Positions 30,001 to 37,301 of a stretch of DNA of 64,000 nt are shown here, in pieces. The notes beneath the pieces were generated by a model that ran no database searches, was not told the origin of the DNA, and saw only the letters and a program-made list of their open reading frames with translations. The DNA comes from Cenarchaeum sp. (GTDB lineage: Archaea > Thermoproteota > Nitrososphaeria > Nitrososphaerales > Nitrosopumilaceae): positions 64,001 to 128,000 of the forward strand of contig OY843584.1 in the NCBI GenBank assembly GCA_963692915.1, written 5' to 3'. Every line of letters starts with the position of its first letter. Within the stretch, counting starts at the first letter, position 1. Both the position numbers and the translations under genes were made by a program.

Positions 30001-30245
30001 CTGACGGAGACATTGTGGAAACCCTAGAGTCGTTTCCGTTCAAAGACATTCTGTTCAAAAAGGCGAACGCGACTCTGATGGATCACGCCATTGAGTGGAT
30101 CAAGGGTCGCTCAGACGACGAGATCTCAAACGTTGCACAAGACATCGTAACGCAAATTCACCAGAGTCCAGGATTTGTCCCAAAGCGCAAGACTGGCGAC
30201 ATTGACTTTAGGCTCGTTTGCTGGTGCGCCCATGAGCCCGCCTAG
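27018..30245 (+). CDS. PLD (HKD) nuclease-SNF2/SF2 helicase fusion
   Basis: IASGY, FHAKAYIF..GSSNLT..N.ELN; DSVGLGKT, IDEAHRFRN, TATAVNN, TDTLSEAVNLQ, DLPWNP..QRVGRIDR; ATGA overlap with MTase. Confidence 0.9.
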   Translation: MTSISPDTWKNSDIVDNVHVTLKDAFSQRAKNADKEICIASGYLYLSGFVEVVDSFNPNSGVRILMGNETDIETADELHAGHKAACDRATRRDLDCVESGDTRLSKLYHMVANGTAHVRIYTKSRFHAKAYIFTRADSDDDKAIVGSSNLTSSGLDSNTELNVVHKGSSNIHLLKAWFDAKWAEAEPFDRSLLKIVNESGKLQGTAPDFVGVRGLIREAASEILRTYGPLKRRTRHSIEPLAKFQDDGAAMVERSIDKFGGSILSDSVGLGKTFVAMRVIEDYAADHPDGRILVIAPRSAMSNWKSIITSGQFQVRRSIIDLRSTTQISNYDPEDSTDDRVEIDHLSGCGLVVIDEAHRFRNPGRKNRKNLEEIGTQGKRVMLITATAVNNSVSELTSLIRIFTDGTSLLNHDSRMDIDSFDAYARALYDPKQDANEITRLRSQMSLILRTIMVQRTRSHVRGQVIAGKRIEFVTPRVSTYDCDSLDGKFYSEFEAVVSDISLPHMYIVSEKKGNISALYKVMLYKRLESGIVALDMSLARLVRSQEKLLAALQSGNPRESVEQWWKSSRRSGVDDGNLDDYDEEIGGGVLGRIRSMSDSEIITLRDGLECDIAAVSKFVNSHIVPRRMDGGLYCDPKADAFARILGTLSGKKVLVFTQSVDTAEWLGRVLKSQNHPSYAVVTGQTDDDVRNDVIERFSPRSNPRKDGNVGEAGELSVLVATDTLSEAVNLQDCSNVVNFDLPWNPMVIVQRVGRIDRIGNLGRSHVHNIMPNGALEHFLNLVGTLKGKIDGIMDTVGKEFRILDEREQVDPKRFEQLVRDHPAYTGDVSDAAENIDSKGCVVNDMTVPARTRLEIHGMEMSHEAPNVTPCAAIRVPGASRTLVAMYRIFDRVNNVPLSDAVVSADVRDDGTPGQLREANEDSEEWLDMFDLIEHDGAAEVAAPDGRSRDALIQFNKLYGDTTFEKQRLRYSRPGRKMSSAERALLSRALHIDKTDGDIVETLESFPFKDILFKKANATLMDHAIEWIKGRSDDEISNVAQDIVTQIHQSPGFVPKRKTGDIDFRLVCWCAHEPA

Positions 30246-30763
30246 CGCAGAATTGCGAGTACGCGATAGCTATTCCAGTATGGTGTCACTCTGTTGCATG
30301 TGTGAACATGTGGCCTGCCGAGCTTTGTGGACTTCTTTCACCAAAAACGGTGTTATGCATACGTCGTGTCCATGGGCGAACATTGGCTCGTCGGGATGGC
30401 GGCTATTGCCTTTTTGTTTACATCTGCTAACCCACTCGTCACAAACACATCTCCGCCACAGACTGTGATGCCCGTGTCGGGCTACTTTGCAGGCAGCTCA
30501 TCATTTCAGCGCTCAAAGATCTCTTCTTGTGTGCTAAATTTGGTTTCCTCGTATGACTGTGCGTCCTGAGTCTTGAGGATCGGCTCGCGTATACGACGTC
30601 CGTTCTAGATACAATGATCTCCCGCCTTTGCAGAACGCCCGTAATGATGACGACAAGTCATACGTATCTACGATCGGTGAATGATTCAAACTTGTTTGTG
30701 TGAATGTTTCATGCATTGTGTTTGATCTTTGCTATTATGGAAGAATTTAGAATTTTATGAATG

Positions 30764-31603
30764 TTATAATCTTGTCTGCTTTGATTCTCTGAGCACATTC
30801 TTCTTACATAAATTCAACAGATTTATCCATGCTGTAGTACTCTGACCATCATGAATTTTTTCAAGTTGATTTTTGATTTTTGGATCTGTGCTAAAATTAC
30901 TTCTAATCACATTTTTTATCTTTTTCTTTAATTGATTGGTGATCTCAGTTGACAGTACCTTATGATATCTATGGTTGATTTTCAATATCTTTTCTATCGT
31001 TTCATCATCATCCATCTCTACCTTGATATCTTTTTTCCTGATTAATTGCACTAATCCTTGTAACACATACTGGTATATCACTGCGTCACTGTCTTCCGCC
31101 CCATAGGGATACTGGTCTGTGGGTTCTATCATGCCATCAAATGATATTGGGCTGGATATGGCTGCGTCTGTCTCTTTTACACCAAAAGTTCCAATTCCTA
31201 GTAAATATACATCATAAAAAACTATTATGGGAAGTTTTGTGTGTGATTTTATTCTTTCTATTCCATGAGAATTTATTGCGTATATAGCAGTGTGTTTTTG
31301 TAAGGGTGGATTTGTGCTTACCCATAGTTTCAGCGTGTCTATGTCTAACTGCGCATATCTTTCTTCTTGCTCTTTGTCTATGTTCTTGCCACTTTTACAT
31401 TCTATTACAAGCGCATGCTTATGTTTGTTTGATGCTGCAATTATGTCGGGTTTAACTGTTGCCTGTTTCTTGGTTATTAAGGTCTGCTCAATTACACTAA
31501 TCTTGTATCCGCATTTATGAAAAACATCAGGCCAATTGTTTTCTGGATAAAATAGTGCAATTGTCCGATTCATGAGTTTTGTGTGTGGTAAGGCTTCGAT
31601 CAT
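30764..31603 (-). CDS. Hypothetical protein with PD-(D/E)xK nuclease-like motif
   Basis: KPDII....ALVIECKSG; AT-rich; ATGA-coupled to upstream ORF. Confidence 0.7.
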   Translation of the reverse strand: MIEALPHTKLMNRTIALFYPENNWPDVFHKCGYKISVIEQTLITKKQATVKPDIIAASNKHKHALVIECKSGKNIDKEQEERYAQLDIDTLKLWVSTNPPLQKHTAIYAINSHGIERIKSHTKLPIIVFYDVYLLGIGTFGVKETDAAISSPISFDGMIEPTDQYPYGAEDSDAVIYQYVLQGLVQLIRKKDIKVEMDDDETIEKILKINHRYHKVLSTEITNQLKKKIKNVIRSNFSTDPKIKNQLEKIHDGQSTTAWINLLNLCKKNVLRESKQTRL

Positions 31604-32718
31604 TCTAGATCATCACATTTCGTTCTTGCATCATAATGGATCTGCAGATTTGTAAATAGTCGCATAATTGTATTGCCACAACTTCCCTTGTTTAGGTATA
31701 TGCGCATAGCCTCAGGTGTTATTTCGAAGTTTATCGCGCTTCCCTCATGAAGATCCACAGCTGGCACACTATATTGAAAGTCCTTGCGTTTTACTTTTAT
31801 TCCCCAGAGCTTGAAAGGTTTTCTTGCGTTAAACATTGTGTCTATAAACTGCTCTAATTTTTGGATCTTAGGATAGGTGATTATAATTGGCTTTCCTCCA
31901 TAAAACTTGGCATCATTTATTGTTTGTTCGCCCATTCCATATTTTTCAACACGTGTGATGAGTTTTGCATACTCATCTTTACAATTGTTTACCATGTGAA
32001 GATGATCCTGTATGGATTTCCCGTGTTTTATCGAAAAATACCCTGTATTCGCTATGCGCTCTTCAATGTATGTGCTTGGTGTTTTTTTGGAGCCCCGGCA
32101 CATCTCAATCGCTTCATGTGATAACAGTCTTTTGGCATCATTACTTTTAGGAAGCATGTCATATATCATTTTTGCGTTAGTTCCGGTGATGTCCATTTTC
32201 AGTGTGCTGTCGCCTTCGTATAACATACCGCCATAGTTGATTAGATACCCGCCAAAATCACCATCTACGTTTCCTGCCCACTTTTTCATCAGCCCAGAGT
32301 AAAACCATGTATGATCGAACGTGTGGTTATAGTCCTCTACCATCTTCTCTATGGCATCATTTGCATCCTCTGCTAGCTCATCAGTGTGCAGCAGTAGGAA
32401 TCGCTTATCGACCTTGTCAAGATAGAATTGACGCACAGGTGACTGTTTTTTGGTATCCCTGACACACAAAATCTTGACTTCGTCGACTCCGGTGTCGGTT
32501 AGCTCCCATGTTACCTTGTTGCCATTACCACTTTTGAATATCTCATTGGTCTCTACTAGATACGCCTTTAGCTCTGTTATGCGTCCTCGTGGACCATCTC
32601 CAGACCGTGGTCTCTTCGGCGGGCTATTCATGTCTGCAAGTGTGTCCATGTACTCCTTTCTTGTCTGTACCTTTGGCAATGATTTGATATCTTCACTACT
32701 CATGTTGTCACCCGGCAT
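31600..32718 (-). CDS. Hypothetical protein (island)
   Basis: 372 aa AT-rich ORF with motif-like C-terminus PFKLWG..AVDLH..RIYL..CGNTIMRLFTNLQ; family not recognised. Confidence 0.75.
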   Translation of the reverse strand: MPGDNMSSEDIKSLPKVQTRKEYMDTLADMNSPPKRPRSGDGPRGRITELKAYLVETNEIFKSGNGNKVTWELTDTGVDEVKILCVRDTKKQSPVRQFYLDKVDKRFLLLHTDELAEDANDAIEKMVEDYNHTFDHTWFYSGLMKKWAGNVDGDFGGYLINYGGMLYEGDSTLKMDITGTNAKMIYDMLPKSNDAKRLLSHEAIEMCRGSKKTPSTYIEERIANTGYFSIKHGKSIQDHLHMVNNCKDEYAKLITRVEKYGMGEQTINDAKFYGGKPIIITYPKIQKLEQFIDTMFNARKPFKLWGIKVKRKDFQYSVPAVDLHEGSAINFEITPEAMRIYLNKGSCGNTIMRLFTNLQIHYDARTKCDDLE

Positions 32719-32762
32719 ATAGGCATCGATCTTTCAATCTGTTGTCTAGTGGACAATGAGCC

Positions 32763-33494
32763 TCACTTGCGATCCTTTATGCGCGCCCTGCCGGTCTTTC
32801 TGGCAGCAATGCTGCCGACCTTGGCACCGGGCGGTGCATCGCGCGAGACAGTCGAGGACTGACCCACGTGCTGGTGCCTTCCGCCGCCGTGCGGGTGGAC
32901 GTAGGATGCCTGCGCGACGCCCCTGACGATCGGATACTTTCTGCCGCGCGAGCGAAACCTGCGCCACTTGCCGCCAGCACTCATGAACGGCCGCTCGCCT
33001 GCGCCTCCTCCGGCCAGTGTGCCTATCATCGCGCGGTTCTTTGGGTTTAGCGTGGCTCGCCTGCCTGACGGGAGCTTTACCACCACACCGTCATCACCAT
33101 GCGAAAAGATCGTCGCACTCCCGCCGGCGGCCTTTACGAGCGTGCCGCCGTCGCCATACCTTCGCTCTATGTTGCAGACTGTCGTCCCGTCAGGTATGTT
33201 CTGCACGCTTATCACATTGCCGTCCTCGTGGCTTGACTCGAGGCCAAACGTGACAGTCGAGCCCTTTTTTGTCCCCAGGACAGCCGGAACGTGGGCCGTC
33301 CGTCCGTCATCAAACCTCACCTTTGCAAGCGGCGCGTCTCGCCCCCGCTCGTGGACAAGGTCGATTACGGTGCCCGTGTGGGTCTCGGAGAGCGCAAAGT
33401 CGGGGTACTTTGCCGGTGCGATCTTGCCGGTCTTGGCGGCCCGAAACTGCATGCCTCCGCGGCCACGCCTTCTGACTAGGGGTCTCTTGCCCAT
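32763..33494 (-). CDS. rpl2: 50S ribosomal protein uL2
   Basis: MGKRPLVRRRGRG, HERGRDAPLA, VRGVAQ..HPHGGG, GAKVGSIAARKTGR. Confidence 0.97.
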   Translation of the reverse strand: MGKRPLVRRRGRGGMQFRAAKTGKIAPAKYPDFALSETHTGTVIDLVHERGRDAPLAKVRFDDGRTAHVPAVLGTKKGSTVTFGLESSHEDGNVISVQNIPDGTTVCNIERRYGDGGTLVKAAGGSATIFSHGDDGVVVKLPSGRRATLNPKNRAMIGTLAGGGAGERPFMSAGGKWRRFRSRGRKYPIVRGVAQASYVHPHGGGRHQHVGQSSTVSRDAPPGAKVGSIAARKTGRARIKDRK

Positions 33495-33687
33495 GTGTGC
33501 CAGGGCGCCGAATGTGTGGATTTTAAGCTTGTGGGTGCCTGCGCGCGTGGGCGTGCAGGGGCCCCTGTATGAGCAGGGGCGCGCAGCAGGGCGCATGGCC
33601 GGCCGTGAGACCCGTGAATATGCCGGCATTGGCCCTGCTCTCGTGAGCGCCAAAACTATAAAACCGCAAGATAGAGCCACGCCTGAC

Positions 33688-35871
33688 ATGGGGAGCACGA
33701 TAAACCTCAAGGTGCTCGAGGCATACACGCGCGATGTGGGTCGTGGCGTGGCTCGTATCGACTATGACTCGATGGACGGCATCAGCGCCTCGACGGGCGA
33801 TGTCATCGAGATAAAGGGCAAGCGCCGCACGGTCGCAAAGTGCCTCCCGCTATACCCGTCTGATGAGGGCAAGGGCATAATCCGCATAGACGGCCTCGGC
33901 AGGAACAACTCGGGGATCGCCATAGGCGACACGATCACAGTCAAAAAGATAAACGCGGTTCCGGCCGAAAAGGTCGTAGTCGCCCCGCTTGAGGCGATCC
34001 CGCCCATAGACGAGCGGTACCTTGCTGATGCGCTCGAGTCGGTCCCGCTCATAAAGGGAGACAACGTCATGGTTCCCTACTTTGGCGGGAGACTCACGTT
34101 CCAGGTCGTCGGCGTGACGCCGGCCGCTGATGCGATCCTCGTCGCGCAAAAGACGGTCTTTCACATCGCCGAAAAGGGAGAGACGCTGCGCGGCGTGCCG
34201 CAGGTGACATACGAGGACATTGGCGGACTGACTGACGAGATCAAAAAGGTTCGCGAGATGATAGAGCTCCCGCTGCGCCACCCGGAGATATTCGAAAAGC
34301 TCGGCATAGAGGCGCCAAAGGGAGTTCTCCTGTACGGCCCGCCGGGCACGGGCAAGACGCTGCTCGCAAAGGCCGTTGCCAACGAGAGCAACGCGCACTT
34401 TATCAGCATATCAGGTCCAGAAATAATGAGCAAGTTCTACGGCGAGTCAGAGGCCCGCCTGCGCGAGATCTTCAAGGAGGCGCGCGAAAAGGCGCCGTCG
34501 ATAATCTTTGTCGACGAGATAGACTCGATAGCGCCAAAGCGCGAAGAGGTGACCGGCGAGGTCGAGCGCAGGGTCGTCTCGCAGATGCTCTCGCTAATGG
34601 ACGGACTGGAGGCCCGTGGCAAGGTCATCGTGATATCTGCCACAAACAGGCCAAATGCGATCGACCCCGCGCTGCGCCGGCCCGGCAGGTTTGATCGCGA
34701 GATCGAGATAAAGGTCCCAAACAAAAAGGGCCGCAAGGACATACTCGCCATACACACGCGCAACATGCCGCTCTCTGATGACGTGGATCTCGACCGCGTC
34801 GCCTCGATAAGCCATGGATATGTCGGGGCTGACCTCGAGTACCTGTGCAAAGAGGCGGCGATGAAGTGCCTCCGGCGCCTCCTGCCCGAGCTCAACCTCG
34901 AGGACGAAAAGATCTCCCCCGAGACCCTTGACAAGCTCATCGTCAACAAGGACGACTATGAAAAGGCGTTTGTCGAGGTGACGCCCTCTGGCATGCGCGA
35001 AGTCTTTATCGAGAATCCGGACGTCCAGTGGGAGAGCGTCGGCGGCCTCGCCAGCGTAAAGCGCGAGCTCCAGGAGGCCATAGAGTGGCCCATGAAGTAC
35101 CCCGCGCTATACAACAACCTCGGCCACAAGATGCCGCGCGGAATACTCCTCCATGGGCCTAGCGGCACGGGCAAGACGCTTCTGGCCAAGGCCGTGGCGA
35201 CGCAGAGCGAGGCCAACTTTGTCTCGGTTCGCGGTCCGGAGCTCCTCTCAAAGTGGGTCGGCGAGTCCGAGCGCGGCATCCGCGAGATCTTTCGCCGTGC
35301 GCGCCAGGCCTCGCCATGCGTCATATTCTTTGACGAGATAGACTCGATAGCGCCGGCCCGCAGCCAGGGCGGCGAGAGCGCCGTGACTGAGCGTGTCGTC
35401 TCGCAACTGTTGACAGAGCTTGACGGAATGGAGAACATGCACGGAGTCGTCGTCCTTGCGGCAACAAACCGCGTCGACATGATAGACCCTGCCCTCCTGC
35501 GGCCCGGCAGGTTTGACAAGATCATCCACATCGACCTGCCCGACCTGGAGAGCCGCAAGAGCATCCTCGAGATCAACATAAAGGACATACCTGCAGTCAC
35601 GGATCCCACAGACAGCGACTATGTCAACCTTGACGAGATTGCAAAGATGACTGACAAGATGAACGGGGCAGACGTGGCGTCGATTACGAACACGGCCGTC
35701 TCACTCGTCATACACGAGTACCTTGACCGCAACCCCGACGTAAAGGAGGTCGAGGTAAAGTCGACTGAGGCGCGCGTGACCATGGCCAACTTTATCGAGG
35801 CAGTGAAAAAGGTCTTTGAGCAAAAGAACCTAAAGATCGAGCCAAAGGCCATGATGCAGTACGTCTCGTAG
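33688..35871 (+). CDS. cdc48: CDC48/VCP family AAA+ ATPase
   Basis: [12 protein letters not shown]-domain, GPPGTGKT and GPSGTGKT Walker A motifs, RPGRFD twice. Confidence 0.96.
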   Translation: MGSTINLKVLEAYTRDVGRGVARIDYDSMDGISASTGDVIEIKGKRRTVAKCLPLYPSDEGKGIIRIDGLGRNNSGIAIGDTITVKKINAVPAEKVVVAPLEAIPPIDERYLADALESVPLIKGDNVMVPYFGGRLTFQVVGVTPAADAILVAQKTVFHIAEKGETLRGVPQVTYEDIGGLTDEIKKVREMIELPLRHPEIFEKLGIEAPKGVLLYGPPGTGKTLLAKAVANESNAHFISISGPEIMSKFYGESEARLREIFKEAREKAPSIIFVDEIDSIAPKREEVTGEVERRVVSQMLSLMDGLEARGKVIVISATNRPNAIDPALRRPGRFDREIEIKVPNKKGRKDILAIHTRNMPLSDDVDLDRVASISHGYVGADLEYLCKEAAMKCLRRLLPELNLEDEKISPETLDKLIVNKDDYEKAFVEVTPSGMREVFIENPDVQWESVGGLASVKRELQEAIEWPMKYPALYNNLGHKMPRGILLHGPSGTGKTLLAKAVATQSEANFVSVRGPELLSKWVGESERGIREIFRRARQASPCVIFFDEIDSIAPARSQGGESAVTERVVSQLLTELDGMENMHGVVVLAATNRVDMIDPALLRPGRFDKIIHIDLPDLESRKSILEINIKDIPAVTDPTDSDYVNLDEIAKMTDKMNGADVASITNTAVSLVIHEYLDRNPDVKEVEVKSTEARVTMANFIEAVKKVFEQKNLKIEPKAMMQYVS

Positions 35872-35873
35872 GG

Positions 35874-35920
35874 TCAGGAGTATTGGCGCACGTCGCGCCG
35901 CACTATGGTGAAATCATCAA
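35874..35920 (-). ncRNA. Candidate C/D box sRNA
   Basis: TTGATGA(C)-12 nt-GCGG(D')-C-GCGACGT(C')-12 nt-CTGA(D); intergenic. Confidence 0.5.
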
Positions 35921-35957
35921 GCACAGGTGACTGTGCGCCTGCGGGAGGATGCCTGCG

Positions 35958-36299
35958 CTACCCGCCCTTTAGGAGCATTATCGCGCGCGCAAGCTCGCCG
36001 TCTGACTCGGCGAGTGCCTCGCGTGCCCTCTCGGCGTCAACTCCGGCCTGGTCGCACACGAGCTGCACATCCTCATCAGAGAAGACGGGCACCTCGAGCT
36101 CGCGCTCCTCGTACGACTCGGCCGTTATAGTGAATATCGAGCTGTCCTTTGCGACCATCTCGGCGACTTGCGGTTTTGGTATGACAATCTCCTTCTTGTC
36201 AGTCTTTATGATGACCTCCTGCACATTTGGCATCTCCTTCATGTCGATGCCCATCTTGTCGAACATTCTGCGCGCCTGGCGGTTGCCGCCTCTCATCAT
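35958..36299 (-). CDS. nac: Nascent polypeptide-associated complex protein
   Basis: RRMFDKMGIDM..VQEVII; UBA-like DVQLVCDQAGV..A.EAL..GELARAI. Confidence 0.92.
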   Translation of the reverse strand: MMRGGNRQARRMFDKMGIDMKEMPNVQEVIIKTDKKEIVIPKPQVAEMVAKDSSIFTITAESYEERELEVPVFSDEDVQLVCDQAGVDAERAREALAESDGELARAIMLLKGG

Positions 36300-36772
36300 T
36301 GCGCATCACCGGCCGCATCGCGACCTTTTAAACTGTTCCTGACACGCACGGCAACTCCGCGCCCGAGCGTCATTATGAGCTCGTGCGGAACGACGGCGCG
36401 CCCAACGGCGATGACGCGCCCGCGGTTGACCACTGCGACATCAGATGATGCGCGAACGTTCTTGCCGCACTTCGTCACGTGCCTGCAAAAGACGGATCGG
36501 CCCTCGGCAACAAATCCCGCCGCATCATCCCCAACCTCGACGCACGATCCGGCAAACGTGCGCGACTTTAGGAGCATCTGCGCAAAGCGAACCGTGAGCG
36601 CAATCCCGCCGTCAATGCGAAGCGTGCAGAGAAGCTCGCCGTCATGCAGGACTGACCTGATGCGGCCGTTCTTTCTTGAGCGCTCAAGCTCGACGCCACG
36701 TGGGAGGTGGCGCGAGACGCCCTGTCCAAAGAGCGCATCTAGCGTGAGCCTGACCTTTAGCTCGCCGTCCAT
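36296..36772 (-). CDS. PUA domain protein (archaeosine tRNA-modification-associated type)
   Basis: SRKNGRIRSV, TLRIDGG, EGRSVFCRHV, GRGVAVRVR. Confidence 0.8.
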   Translation of the reverse strand: MDGELKVRLTLDALFGQGVSRHLPRGVELERSRKNGRIRSVLHDGELLCTLRIDGGIALTVRFAQMLLKSRTFAGSCVEVGDDAAGFVAEGRSVFCRHVTKCGKNVRASSDVAVVNRGRVIAVGRAVVPHELIMTLGRGVAVRVRNSLKGRDAAGDAQ

Positions 36773-36915
36773 GGGGGCGTCGGCACCGGCGGGTCGCTAA
36801 ATACCGTTGCGCGCCACTCGTGCCTAGTGGACTGGCTGCCCTGGGCATGGGCGCCGGCCTCATATCGTGGATTCTGCCATAGCTTTTTATAATTGCGCCC
36901 ATGCGCACACCTCAA

Positions 36916-37266
36916 ATGGCAACTGAACAGCTCCAAAAGCTCGTCTCGGTCACCCCAAAGGCGGCCGAGAAGATAAAGGAGTTCATGTCCCAAGAGGCCG
37001 AAAAGCCCCAGTACCTGCGCGTGTATGTGCAGGGCGGCGGCTGCTCTGGACTCTCCTACGGCATGGGCTTTGAAAAGGAGCCAGAGGAGGACGACAAGGT
37101 TCTAGAGGAGGCCGGAGTAAAGCTGCTCGTTGACAGCTATAGCATCGACCACCTCAACGGAGCCAGCGTTGACTATATCGAGAGCCTCATGGGCTCGGGG
37201 TTCAAGATAAACAACCCCAACGTCACAAAGTCGTGCTCCTGTGGCCACTCATTTAGCACGGAATAG
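36916..37266 (+). CDS. A-type Fe-S cluster carrier (IscA/ErpA/HesB family)
   Basis: GGGCSGLSYG, NPN..CSCGHSF. Confidence 0.93.
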   Translation: MATEQLQKLVSVTPKAAEKIKEFMSQEAEKPQYLRVYVQGGGCSGLSYGMGFEKEPEEDDKVLEEAGVKLLVDSYSIDHLNGASVDYIESLMGSGFKINNPNVTKSCSCGHSFSTE

Positions 37267-37301
37267 GCCAACACGCCGAAGACGTGCATTGTTTTGATTC
37301 C

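Larger units (their letters stand above)
23610..32750. mobile_element. Horizontally acquired defence-like island
   Basis: Abrupt AT enrichment relative to flanks; RM-like genes between core genes (DtxR, rpl2); no integrase or att sites seen. Confidence 0.65.

Noticed and set aside
23824-32718. Complete DISARM or BREX system
   Set aside because: No DrmA/DrmB (DUF1998), PglZ or BrxC motifs recognised
32968-33687. 240-aa N-terminal extension of CDC48 in the ORF track
   Set aside because: It is the antisense of rpl2; the real start is MGSTINLKV at 33688
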